Position numbers and translations under genes: made by a program
Notes under the pieces: model-generated
Database searches by the model: none
The model's input: only the letters and a program-made list of their open reading frames with translations
What the model was told of the DNA's origin: nothing
Part shown: positions 9,250 through 17,590 of the stretch, in pieces
Position numbering within the stretch: position 1 is the stretch's first letter
Layout: each line of letters opens with the position of its first letter
Origin: Lachnospiraceae bacterium
GTDB taxonomy: Bacteria > Bacillota > Clostridia > Lachnospirales > Lachnospiraceae
Assembly: GCA_017480565.1 (NCBI GenBank)
Contig: JAFVAL010000033.1
Location: forward strand, 58,412 to 90,411
Direction: 5' to 3'
Length of the DNA stretch: 32,000 nucleotides

Positions 9250-9930
9250 ATGATCAAAGAATGGTGGACGGAGGAGACGACAAAGCTGAAAGGGCTCTCC
9301 CCCGCGAAGCGGGTCAAATACATCTGGCAATACTACAAGCTTTGGATTATCGGCATTCTCGCGTTGATCTACCTGACGGTCTTTCTCATCGTCCGGATCA
9401 GCAACAATGTGCCCGATTGTCGCCTGTATGTAGTCTACGCCAACACGATGGCGGATGTGGGAAATGAATCCGAATTCTGGCAGGCTTTTGTCGACGCGCA
9501 AGGGTACGATCTTCGTGAGGCACGCGTGGAATTTGACGCACAGTCCTATTTTGACTACACAAAGAACCAGGCCCGCGGCAACTCCTACTATAACGCCTTT
9601 ATCGGCCTGGCAGACGCCGGCATGATTGACATCATCACGATGGAATGTGACTCCATCAAGGCCCTCGGGCAATGCGGACGGCTGATTGACCTGCGGTCGG
9701 ATCTGACGGCCTCGCTCTACGAAGCCTACGCTGACCGCCTCCTCTATTATGAGCCGGAGGGCGGCGAGCCGATCCCCGTCGGATTTGACGTCAGTGACAG
9801 TATCCTTATCACCAAGTATCACATTTACCCGGACAGCTGTGGGCTTGCGATCATCACGGAAACCAACAACATCGAAGACATCGCGGTCTTCCTCTCTTAC
9901 ATTTTACAGGAGCAAAAGGGAAATGAATGA
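9250..9930 (+). CDS. Hypothetical membrane-anchored protein (one N-terminal TM, ~170-aa extracytoplasmic domain)
   Basis: RBS AAGGAAG lies 11 nt after the alpha-galactosidase stop. The single TM is LWIIGILALIYLTVFLIV. I recognised no family. The stop overlaps the next gene start (ATGAATGA). Confidence 0.55.
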   Translation: MIKEWWTEETTKLKGLSPAKRVKYIWQYYKLWIIGILALIYLTVFLIVRISNNVPDCRLYVVYANTMADVGNESEFWQAFVDAQGYDLREARVEFDAQSYFDYTKNQARGNSYYNAFIGLADAGMIDIITMECDSIKALGQCGRLIDLRSDLTASLYEAYADRLLYYEPEGGEPIPVGFDVSDSILITKYHIYPDSCGLAIITETNNIEDIAVFLSYILQEQKGNE

Positions 9931-10711
9931 ACTGATCGGATCTCTCATAAGCAATGACAGCCGTTTTGGGAAACTCATGACGAAGCTTGGCATTATCATC
10001 ATCGGCAACATTCTCTTTGTCCTCTTTTCGCTCCCCGTCGTCACAATCGGCGCATCGTGGGCTGCCCTTTCGCATGTGATGTTAAAGGCGCAGCGCAGCA
10101 ACGGTGTGACGAATCCGTTTAAACAGTTTTGGATCGGTTTTAAATCCAATTTCAAGCAGGCGACCGTCGTCTGGCTTATCACGCTTCTTTTAGTCGTCAT
10201 CGGCTACTTTAACGTACGAATCTGTCTCTCGGCCACCGGCTTCATCGCAAATGTCCGCTACGCGGTCTACGCTCTCGGCGTGATTTTGGTCATCGTCCTG
10301 ATCTATCTGTTCCCGGTCATGGCTGCCTTTGAAAACACGCTCCCGAAACTCATCCACAACAGCATTTATTTCGCGCTCCACAAGCCCGGGAAACTGATCG
10401 TGCTCCTCTTTTTCCACGTCTTTCCTCTGGTGCTGACTTATTCGGATCCGCAGACCATGCCGCTATACGCGTTTTTGTGGACCTTCTTCGGATTCGGCGC
10501 GATCGCGATGTTGACCGCAAGGCTTCTGGTGCCCGAATTTAAACCTTACCTGCCGCTTGTGGATGAGTACGGGGACTTTGTTTTAGATGAAAACGGCAAT
10601 AAGATGAAGGCTGATGCCCTCTTGGAAAATGAAGAAGCCCCGGATGCTTCCGGAATCTCCGAAAAATCCGAGGCTGAAATCTTAGAAGAAATGAAAAAAC
10701 TTGGCATGTAA
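9923..10711 (+). CDS. YesL/DUF624 family integral membrane protein
   Basis: The N-terminus GKLMTKLGIIIIGNILFVLFSLPVVTIGASWAALSHVMLK...FKQFWIGFKSNFKQA matches the YesL pattern. I chose the ATG at 9923 because the ORF-track start at 9749 lies inside the upstream gene. The C-terminal tail is acidic. Confidence 0.7.
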   Translation: MNELIGSLISNDSRFGKLMTKLGIIIIGNILFVLFSLPVVTIGASWAALSHVMLKAQRSNGVTNPFKQFWIGFKSNFKQATVVWLITLLLVVIGYFNVRICLSATGFIANVRYAVYALGVILVIVLIYLFPVMAAFENTLPKLIHNSIYFALHKPGKLIVLLFFHVFPLVLTYSDPQTMPLYAFLWTFFGFGAIAMLTARLLVPEFKPYLPLVDEYGDFVLDENGNKMKADALLENEEAPDASGISEKSEAEILEEMKKLGM

Positions 10712-10712
10712 C

Positions 10713-12008
10713 TTAAAACTGATAGCCACACCCGCCGCAGAACTTCTCCCCTGCGGCGCGTTTTCTGCCACACTGCGGGCATGCGCTGACAGGGGCAGAC
10801 TGCGTGCCGAAAGAGGATGCAGGTGTGCTTGCTGGCTGCCCAGGTACGTGTGCTGGAATCAGCTTCTTTCCGACAAAATCATCCCTCATCTCAAGCTTAC
10901 CGTGTGCTCCGGACTGAATCTCAGCCATCGTACTTCCCGGGAAATGATAGACATTTGGATAACAATCCTGGAAGAGTAAGAAGACCGCGCACAACTTCGT
11001 GTAGTCGATGCCAGGCTCATTCATCCGCGGTGAGGCCGCATACTCATATGCCCTGCGATTCGGATCCCAGGCGATGGTCTCGAACGCGCCCTGCTGCGAA
11101 GCATCGATCAGCTTCGGCGGATGATTGACATCGTCCCCGATCAACACCGTAAAGAATCGCGCAAACTCATCGGAATCGCGCAGCTTTTCCTGCTGGTCAA
11201 TAATGGCGTCACGCAGGTTGGTGACGACCGCATTGCTTGTCTTAATCTGTTTCGCGGTATTCACTGTGCGATTCAGATTTGGCGTAAATGCATTCTTTAC
11301 AAACCCACCGTAACCGCCAAGCACCAGTGCCGCGATCAAAAGAAGCATCAGCATAAAAGATTTATCCAAAAGCACGGCTAAAAGGTAGCCAAGCAACGGT
11401 CCGACAATGAGACTTGCGGCAAAGGATGCCAAAAGATAAAAACTGCTTCCCTTCGGCAGCTGATTTGCCATGATGATCATGGTGAGCAGATACGTAAACA
11501 GCAAAACGAACATAAACACGACGCTTAGAAGTTTTCCGATACCGCCCGTCATATCAAAGACGCCGAGGAAACCGGACATCGAGGTCAGCACGGAGAGGAC
11601 AAGGAACACAGCCAGCGTCTTCTTGTCGAAATATTTGACCTTCCCTTCTTTCTTGCGGAACAAGAAAGCGATGCCCATCGCGATCAGCCCAGCAAGGATG
11701 CTTAATAAGTAACTGACCGAAAGGATCGGGCCGATATGACCATGCAAGGACTCAACTGCCGCAGAGCACACAAAGGTCAGAAGGATCCACAACACGGTAG
11801 TCAAAAGTGCTGCAAGGATGATCTTGACATCCTTCCCTTTGTGAACCGCATCATCGTTAGTGACGCCTCGCAGATCGATGACTTCTTCGGACGGATCCGG
11901 CATCTGTATCATGGGCACAGGTGCTGCCGGTTTTGGGATTGTCGCACCACATGAGGTGCAAAAAGAAGCAATATCGGGAATCTTGGCTCCACAATTCGGA
12001 CAAAACAT
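10713..12008 (-). CDS. Zinc-ribbon domain-containing membrane protein (N-terminal CxxC-x12-CxxC, about six TM helices, ~190-aa soluble domain, C-terminal CxxC-x11-CxxC)
   Basis: N-terminus MFCPNCGAKIPDIASFCTSCG, six hydrophobic segments, and C-terminus CPQCGRKRAAGEKFCGGCGYQF. An AGAGAGGG RBS lies upstream. I recognised no functional family. Confidence 0.7.
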   Translation of the reverse strand: MFCPNCGAKIPDIASFCTSCGATIPKPAAPVPMIQMPDPSEEVIDLRGVTNDDAVHKGKDVKIILAALLTTVLWILLTFVCSAAVESLHGHIGPILSVSYLLSILAGLIAMGIAFLFRKKEGKVKYFDKKTLAVFLVLSVLTSMSGFLGVFDMTGGIGKLLSVVFMFVLLFTYLLTMIIMANQLPKGSSFYLLASFAASLIVGPLLGYLLAVLLDKSFMLMLLLIAALVLGGYGGFVKNAFTPNLNRTVNTAKQIKTSNAVVTNLRDAIIDQQEKLRDSDEFARFFTVLIGDDVNHPPKLIDASQQGAFETIAWDPNRRAYEYAASPRMNEPGIDYTKLCAVFLLFQDCYPNVYHFPGSTMAEIQSGAHGKLEMRDDFVGKKLIPAHVPGQPASTPASSFGTQSAPVSACPQCGRKRAAGEKFCGGCGYQF

Positions 12009-12053
12009 CGTAAAAACCCTCTCTTATTCTATTTCTATCATTTGCCGGCCTAT

Positions 12054-12536
12054 TTACGCCAGGCCTTCCTTTTTTCGAATCCGCAGGTCTTTAAAATACT
12101 CACTCATCATCTCTGAGCACTCCTCGCCCAGCACGCCTCGCTCCACCTCGCACTGGTGGTTAAACTGCGGCATCTCCAGGATATTTAAGATCGATCCACC
12201 ACAGCCCGCCTTCGGGTTCATCGCCCCGATCACGACGCGTGGAATCCTCGCCTGCACGATCGCTCCCGCACACATCTGGCAAGGCTCGAGCGTGATATAG
12301 ATCGTGCAGTCCTCAAGCCGCCAGTCTCCGATCTTCTTCATCGCCTTTTTGATTGCCAGAATCTCCGCGTGGGCAAGCGTCGACTTGTCCGCATTGCGGC
12401 GATTGTAGCCTCTAGCGATAATTTTTCCCTCGTAGACGATCACACAGCCGATCGGCACATCATAGATCGCGGCCGCCTTCTTCGCCTGCCGGATCGCCTC
12501 TTTCATATATCTCTCATCTTCGGTGTATTTTCTCAT
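12054..12536 (-). CDS. tadA: tRNA adenosine(34) deaminase
   Basis: CDA zinc motifs HAEILAI and PCQMCAGA are present. The size (160 aa) and overall sequence are typical of TadA. Confidence 0.9.
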   Translation of the reverse strand: MRKYTEDERYMKEAIRQAKKAAAIYDVPIGCVIVYEGKIIARGYNRRNADKSTLAHAEILAIKKAMKKIGDWRLEDCTIYITLEPCQMCAGAIVQARIPRVVIGAMNPKAGCGGSILNILEMPQFNHQCEVERGVLGEECSEMMSEYFKDLRIRKKEGLA

Positions 12537-12559
12537 GGTAGTCTCTATTCCGAAGCGCC

Positions 12560-13423
12560 TTACGCATGTTCTGTAAAATAATCCGCCAGGGCTGCAAACT
12601 GCGCAAGCGAAAGCTGCTCGCCCCGCACCGTCGGGCTCACGCCCAGGGAAGCGATCGCCTCCGTGATGAGGTCCTTTGAAAAGGAAAGCTCCTGGCTGTT
12701 GTTCAAGCCGTTTTGCAGAGTCTTTCTCCTCTGGTTAAAGGACGCGCGGATCAGCCGGAACATCAGCTTCTCATCCTTCACCGCAACCGGCGGCGCGTCA
12801 TAGATGCTTAAATGAATCACCGCAGAGCCGACATTCGGGCGCGGAATAAAACAGTTCGGCGGTACATTTGCCATGAGCTCCGGCTTCGCATAGTACTGCA
12901 CGCCCAGAGACAACGAACCATACTCCTTGCTTCCAGGGCCGCTCTGCATCCGGTCTGCGACCTCCTTCTGGATCATGACCGTGATGCTCGCGATCGGCGC
13001 ATGGCTCTCCAGAAGGCTCATCATAATCGGTGTCGTGATGTAATACGGAAGATTCGCCACGACCTTTAACTTCGCGCCTCCATTTGCCGCAGAAAGCGCT
13101 TCGATATCCGTCTTTAAAATGTCTTCGTTGACGATCTCGATGTTGTCATAGTAGCGCAGCGTGTCCTTTAAAATCGGGATCAGGTTGCGGTCAATCTCCA
13201 CCGCAATCACCTTCTTCGCACTCTCCGCCAGGTACTGCGTCATCGTGCCGATGCCGGGCCCGATCTCTAAGACCACATCTTCTTTCGTGATCTGCGCGGC
13301 CTCGACGATCTTGCCAAGCACATGCGGGTCGATCAGGAAGTTTTGCCCGAACTTCTTCTGAAACTGAAAATTATATTTCTGCAGGACCGCGATCGTCTCC
13401 TGCGGGTTGCCTAAGTTAGCCAT
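12560..13423 (-). CDS. rsmA: 16S rRNA (adenine1518/1519-N6)-dimethyltransferase
   Basis: KFGQNFL and the SAM motif LEIGPGIGTMT. I chose the start at Met14 of the ORF track (13423) because GGAGAA lies 6 nt upstream and it sits next to the tatD stop. Confidence 0.9.
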   Translation of the reverse strand: MANLGNPQETIAVLQKYNFQFQKKFGQNFLIDPHVLGKIVEAAQITKEDVVLEIGPGIGTMTQYLAESAKKVIAVEIDRNLIPILKDTLRYYDNIEIVNEDILKTDIEALSAANGGAKLKVVANLPYYITTPIMMSLLESHAPIASITVMIQKEVADRMQSGPGSKEYGSLSLGVQYYAKPELMANVPPNCFIPRPNVGSAVIHLSIYDAPPVAVKDEKLMFRLIRASFNQRRKTLQNGLNNSQELSFSKDLITEAIASLGVSPTVRGEQLSLAQFAALADYFTEHA

Positions 13424-13424
13424 T

Positions 13425-14210
13425 CTATTCTCCATTCTGCATCCGATACAGTGCAAATGCATTCTCTCTGGTCGTGTGAATCACTTCCTCCGCACTCACT
13501 CCTTTGATCTCAGCCATCATGGGCACCACATAGCGCAGATACGAGGAATTGTTGCGCTTTCCGCGGTGCGGCGGCGGTGCGAGATAAGGACAATCCGTCT
13601 CCAGCACGATCCGATCTAGCGGAATCTGCTCGCACACCTCACGGATCTTCTTTGCATTTTTAAAACACAAGACACCGCCGATCCCGATGTAAAAGCCCAT
13701 CTCCACAAAACGCTTTGCCATCTCCGGCGCATACGAAAAACAGTGCACAACACCGCCGATCTCCTCGGCATGTGCCTGACGCATCAGCTCGTAAGTGTCC
13801 TGCGCGGCCTCTCGGCTGTGGATGATAATCGGAAGATGCACTTCCCTTGCCAGATCCATTTGCCGCAAAAACCACTTCTTCTGCGTCTCGCGGTCCACAT
13901 CCGGCCAGTAATAATCAAGCCCGATCTCACCGATCGCGACCACCTTTTCTCTGGCGGACTCTCGCTTGATCCACTGAATGTCATCCTCCGTGATCTCGGC
14001 GCACTCGGTCGGGTGCACCCCGATCGCTCCATAAATGAAGTCGTACTGCTCGGTGAGTGCAAGCGTCCCCCGACAGCCCGCAAGGTCAGAGCCGACATTG
14101 ACAATCCGCCCGATCCCCAGGCTCGCAAGGCTTTTTAGCAATTCCTCTCTATCTTCATCAAACGCATCGTCATCGTAATGCGCATGTGTATCAAAAATCC
14201 ATTCTTCCAT
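13425..14210 (-). CDS. TatD family metal-dependent hydrolase/DNase
   Basis: DTHAHY, IGEIGLDY, IIHSR, HCF and LETDCPYL motifs. It lies in the conserved metG-tatD-rsmA neighbourhood. Confidence 0.9.
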   Translation of the reverse strand: MEEWIFDTHAHYDDDAFDEDREELLKSLASLGIGRIVNVGSDLAGCRGTLALTEQYDFIYGAIGVHPTECAEITEDDIQWIKRESAREKVVAIGEIGLDYYWPDVDRETQKKWFLRQMDLAREVHLPIIIHSREAAQDTYELMRQAHAEEIGGVVHCFSYAPEMAKRFVEMGFYIGIGGVLCFKNAKKIREVCEQIPLDRIVLETDCPYLAPPPHRGKRNNSSYLRYVVPMMAEIKGVSAEEVIHTTRENAFALYRMQNGE

Positions 14211-14213
14211 ACT

Positions 14214-14903
14214 TTACACCCAAAAACCGATCCAGAGATAACGAATCACAACGAGTAACACCAAGTGGCAGGGATAAAACAAGTAGAAAAACCATTTTAG
14301 GTTCGCCTTGCCGCGCTCCCCGGAATACAGCCATTTCGGCAAAATCTGCGTCCCGGTCTCCGGCGATGTCTTCCCGCGAATCACATGAATCAGGTAGATC
14401 GCAGATATAATCCCGACACCCAGCGCACCGTAATCCGTGTGCGCCAGCTCCGCAAGCACCATGCAAAGTCCGCAGGGAAGAAGTTTCACCCAGATCTTGT
14501 CCACCTTACTCGCCAGCATCATCGCAAGCAAACCAAAATACAAGGTAAAATACACATTCTGATAGCCTGGATAAAACACTCTGTCCATGAAAGCCATGTC
14601 AAAAGGGACCTCAGAGATCACCGCAAACAGTGCCAGCCGAAGGCCATATTTCTTGATATTTCTCGTGTGAAAGAACCCTTCCACGAGCAAAAAACAATAG
14701 ATCGGAAACGCCGCGCGTCCAATCACGCGAAGCACCGTATCAATTGTCCACCAATCCCACGGCATGTAAGCCGCAACCTTCTTGTAAGTCTCCATCGAGT
14801 GGAGAACCCCCGCCTCGATCAGCGACGCACCGATATGATCAATCAACATGGAAATGCAGGCGATCATCTTCCACGCATTCCCAGACAAGCCTTTTCTCTT
14901 CAT
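14214..14903 (-). CDS. TraX family membrane protein
   Basis: The N-terminus GLSGNAWKMIACISMLIDHIGA resembles the TraX signature, and the protein is a 229-aa multi-TM protein. The family call is from memory only. Confidence 0.55.
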   Translation of the reverse strand: MKRKGLSGNAWKMIACISMLIDHIGASLIEAGVLHSMETYKKVAAYMPWDWWTIDTVLRVIGRAAFPIYCFLLVEGFFHTRNIKKYGLRLALFAVISEVPFDMAFMDRVFYPGYQNVYFTLYFGLLAMMLASKVDKIWVKLLPCGLCMVLAELAHTDYGALGVGIISAIYLIHVIRGKTSPETGTQILPKWLYSGERGKANLKWFFYLFYPCHLVLLVVIRYLWIGFWV

Positions 14904-14913
14904 GAATAAAATG

Positions 14914-14940
14914 ACAGCTGCCGCAAAAGGCAGCAGCTGT
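14914..14940 (-). promoter_or_regulatory. Leader hairpin between an SD-like AAAGGAGAG and the TraX-like ATG
   Basis: On the minus strand, ACAGCTGCTGCC-ttttgc-GGCAGCTGT is followed by CATTTTATTC and then ATG (14903). The only SD-like sequence (14950-14942) lies upstream of the hairpin. Confidence 0.4.
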
Positions 14941-14968
14941 ACTCTCCTTTATTCGCTTCACACGAAAC

Positions 14969-14998
14969 ACTATAGATCATTACAAAGGCTTTCGTCAA
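14969..14998 (-). promoter_or_regulatory. Candidate sigma-A promoter for the TraX-like gene
   Basis: On the minus strand: TTGACG (14998-14993), 18-nt spacer, TATAGT (14974-14969). Confidence 0.4.
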
Positions 14999-15358
14999 GG
15001 TTTCATCGCTTTCGCTTGTGGGAAACCCTTTCCTTTCAGATAGACAAGTTTCCCGTCGTGGCGATTAAGATTCCCGTTTCGCTAGACATGTTTCCTCTCA
15101 AATCCAACCTTTTCACAAAATCAAGCCTAAAAGTTTGCAAATGAAGCCTCCAAAAAATCATTTCTCACAGAAAATGCAAACCTTTGCCAGATAAAAACAC
15201 TTAAGGTTGGCACGCCCGGATTTTTAGACAGAAAAAATGCAAACAATTTCCCGGAAAAACGAGAAAAAGTTTGCAAGACCCAATTCCAAGCAAGATACAA
15301 GCCCAATCCCCGGGGATCCACAAGCCCCGACCCAGTCATCTTCGTCCCCCCTCACACC

Positions 15359-15395
15359 AAAAAGAGGCTATGTGAAGTTCGCTTCACATAGCCTC
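15359..15395 (-). terminator. Intrinsic terminator of metG
   Basis: Perfect 14-bp stem GAGGCTATGTGAAG / CTTCACATAGCCTC with a 4-nt loop (15364-15395). TTTTT follows on the minus strand (15363-15359). Confidence 0.75.
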
Positions 15396-15439
15396 TCGCA
15401 ACACTCATTTACTTTTCAACCAATCCTACATCTGACCCC

Positions 15440-17440
15440 TCAGCAGATCTCGGATCCGCTCTTCATATCCTTCTCTGGGGTCATCAGTGCAAGATTTCCC
15501 TCCGCGTCCTCTGCGCATAAGAGCATGCCTTCCGAGGTCAGCCCTGCCATCGTTCTCGGTGCAAGATTTAAGAGCACCATGACTTTCTTTCCGACCATCT
15601 CTTCCGCAGAATAATACTGCTTGATGCCGGAGAGAATCTGACGGGTCTGGTCGCCGATCTTGACCTGAGAGCAGAGAAGCTTTTTGGACTTCTTCACCTC
15701 TTCGCAGGCAATGATCTCACCGACCACGAACTGACACTTTGCGAAATCATCATAAGTGATGGTTTCTTTCATCTCTACGTGGATCTCTTCGTTCGCAGGC
15801 TCTTCTTCCTTTGCTTCCTCAGCTTCAGGCTCTTCCTTGATGCCGAGCGCCGCAAGCTGTGCCTGGCGGAAAACTTCTGCCTTCGCGAGAACGTCGTTTA
15901 CATCCAGTCTTGCAAAGAGGATCTCCGGCTTCTCGGTTACCTTGCTTCCGGACGGGTACTTGCCGTATACGTCCATCTCGTCAAGGCTGCGAAGCTCGGT
16001 GTTAAACTGCGCCGCGATCTTCTTTGCCGTGCTGGGCATGAAGGACTCAAGCAAGCTTGCTCCTACCATGATCGACTCGGTCAAGTTGTAGAGCACGGTT
16101 GCCAGACGGTCTTTCTTCGCCTCATCCTTCGCAAGCGCCCAAGGCATCGTCTCATCGATGTACTTATTGCATCTCTTAAAGAGCGTAAAGATCTCAGTGA
16201 TCGCATCTGCGACACGCAGGCGATCCATCTTTTCTGCAACCTTTTTCGGTGTCTCTAATGTCAGAGAAATGAGCTCGTCATCGACCGCTTCCTTCACCCC
16301 TGCATTGGTCACCACGCCGCCAAAATACTTGTTTGTCATGGAAATGGTACGGTTGACAAGGTTGCCGAGTACATTTGCCAGGTCAGAGTTCATGCGCTCG
16401 ACCATCAGCTCCCAGCTGATCACACCATCGTTTTCAAAAGGCATCTCGTGCAGCACGAAGTAACGCACCGCATCCACGCCAAAGACGTCTACCAGATCGT
16501 CTGCGTAAAGCACGTTGCCGCGGGACTTGCTCATCTTGCCATCGCCCTGTAAGAGCCAAGGATGACCAAAGACCTGCTTCGGAAGCGGCTCGCCTGCTGC
16601 CATCAGCATGATCGGCCAATAGATCGTGTGGAAACGCAGAATGTCCTTGCCGATCAGATGCAGATCCGCCGGCCAGAACTTCTTGTAAAGCTCGTCGGAA
16701 TTACCGTCCACATCCCAGCCAAGGCCGGTGATGTAGTTGGAAAGCGCATCGATCCAGACATAGATCACATGCTTGTCATCAAAGCTGACCGGAATGCCCC
16801 ACTTAAAGGACGTGCGGGACACGCAAAGATCCTGCAGACCCGGCTTTAAGAAGTTGTTCATCATCTCGTTCTTGCGGGACTCCGGCTGAATGAACTCCGG
16901 ATGCGTCTCAATGTGCTCGATCAGACGGTCCGCATACTTGCTCATCTTAAAGAAATAGGCTTCCTCGGAGGCACGCACGACCGGGCGTCCGCAGTCAGGG
17001 CACTTGCCGTCCACGACCTGAGACTCGGTCCAGAACGACTCATCCGGTACACAATACCACCCTTCATAGCTTCCCTTATAGATATCGCCCTGATCATAGA
17101 GCTTCTTGAATAACTTCTGTACCTGCTTCTCATGATAGTCATCCGTGGTACGGATAAACTTATCATACGAAGTGTCCATCAAATCCCAGATCCGCTTGAT
17201 CTCGCCGGCAACCTTGTCGACATACTCCTTCGGTGTGATCCCCGCTTCGGCAGCCTTCTGCTCGATCTTCTGCCCGTGCTCATCGGTACCGGTCTGGAAG
17301 CGCACATCGTATCCCTGCGCGCGTTTAAAACGAACAATCGCATCTGCCAGCACAATCTCATAGGTGTTGCCGATATGCGGCTTGCCAGACGTGTAAGCGA
17401 TTGCAGTGGTCAAATAATAAGGTTTTTTCTCCATAGCCAT
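15440..17440 (-). CDS. metG: Methionine--tRNA ligase with C-terminal tRNA-binding (Trbp111/EMAP-like) domain
   Basis: HIGH-type motif GKPHIGNTYE, KMSKSRGN, zinc knuckle CPDCGR, and a C-terminal OB-fold domain (KLLCSQVKIGDQTRQILSGI). 666 aa. Confidence 0.95.
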   Translation of the reverse strand: MAMEKKPYYLTTAIAYTSGKPHIGNTYEIVLADAIVRFKRAQGYDVRFQTGTDEHGQKIEQKAAEAGITPKEYVDKVAGEIKRIWDLMDTSYDKFIRTTDDYHEKQVQKLFKKLYDQGDIYKGSYEGWYCVPDESFWTESQVVDGKCPDCGRPVVRASEEAYFFKMSKYADRLIEHIETHPEFIQPESRKNEMMNNFLKPGLQDLCVSRTSFKWGIPVSFDDKHVIYVWIDALSNYITGLGWDVDGNSDELYKKFWPADLHLIGKDILRFHTIYWPIMLMAAGEPLPKQVFGHPWLLQGDGKMSKSRGNVLYADDLVDVFGVDAVRYFVLHEMPFENDGVISWELMVERMNSDLANVLGNLVNRTISMTNKYFGGVVTNAGVKEAVDDELISLTLETPKKVAEKMDRLRVADAITEIFTLFKRCNKYIDETMPWALAKDEAKKDRLATVLYNLTESIMVGASLLESFMPSTAKKIAAQFNTELRSLDEMDVYGKYPSGSKVTEKPEILFARLDVNDVLAKAEVFRQAQLAALGIKEEPEAEEAKEEEPANEEIHVEMKETITYDDFAKCQFVVGEIIACEEVKKSKKLLCSQVKIGDQTRQILSGIKQYYSAEEMVGKKVMVLLNLAPRTMAGLTSEGMLLCAEDAEGNLALMTPEKDMKSGSEIC

Positions 17441-17483
17441 TCCTCTCCTTCTCTCCCTCAGTCAAGTTCTGTCATACCTTATC

Positions 17484-17513
17484 AATATAGACCCGCGGGG
17501 CCTCTTTCGTCAA
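17484..17513 (-). promoter_or_regulatory. Candidate metG promoter
   Basis: On the minus strand: TTGACG (17513-17508), 18-nt spacer containing the palindrome GGCCCCGCGGG, TATATT (17489-17484). The leader is ~45 nt and ends with GAAGGAGAGG. Confidence 0.45.
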
Positions 17514-17525
17514 GGAAAATGCAGG

Positions 17526-17566
17526 AAAAATCATGAGAAGGCAGCCTAATAACTGACTGCCTTCTC
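17526..17566 (-). terminator. Intrinsic terminator of the amidase gene
   Basis: 10-bp stem GAGAAGGCAG / CTGCCTTCTC (17535-17566). On the minus strand it is followed by ATGATTTTTCC. Confidence 0.6.
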
Positions 17567-17590
17567 GCACCTTTCACGTAAACCACAGGT

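Noticed and set aside
15127-15339. Small ORFs (70 aa on the minus strand, 98 and 125 aa on the + strand) in the metG-traX spacer
   Set aside because: They have no RBS and low-complexity, unprotein-like translations. The 125-aa frame runs into the metG coding region on the wrong strand.
17441-17534. T-box riboswitch upstream of metG
   Set aside because: Only about 45 nt separate the candidate -10 from the SD. There is no specifier hairpin, no AGGGTGGTACCGCG-like T-box sequence and no terminator/antiterminator pair.
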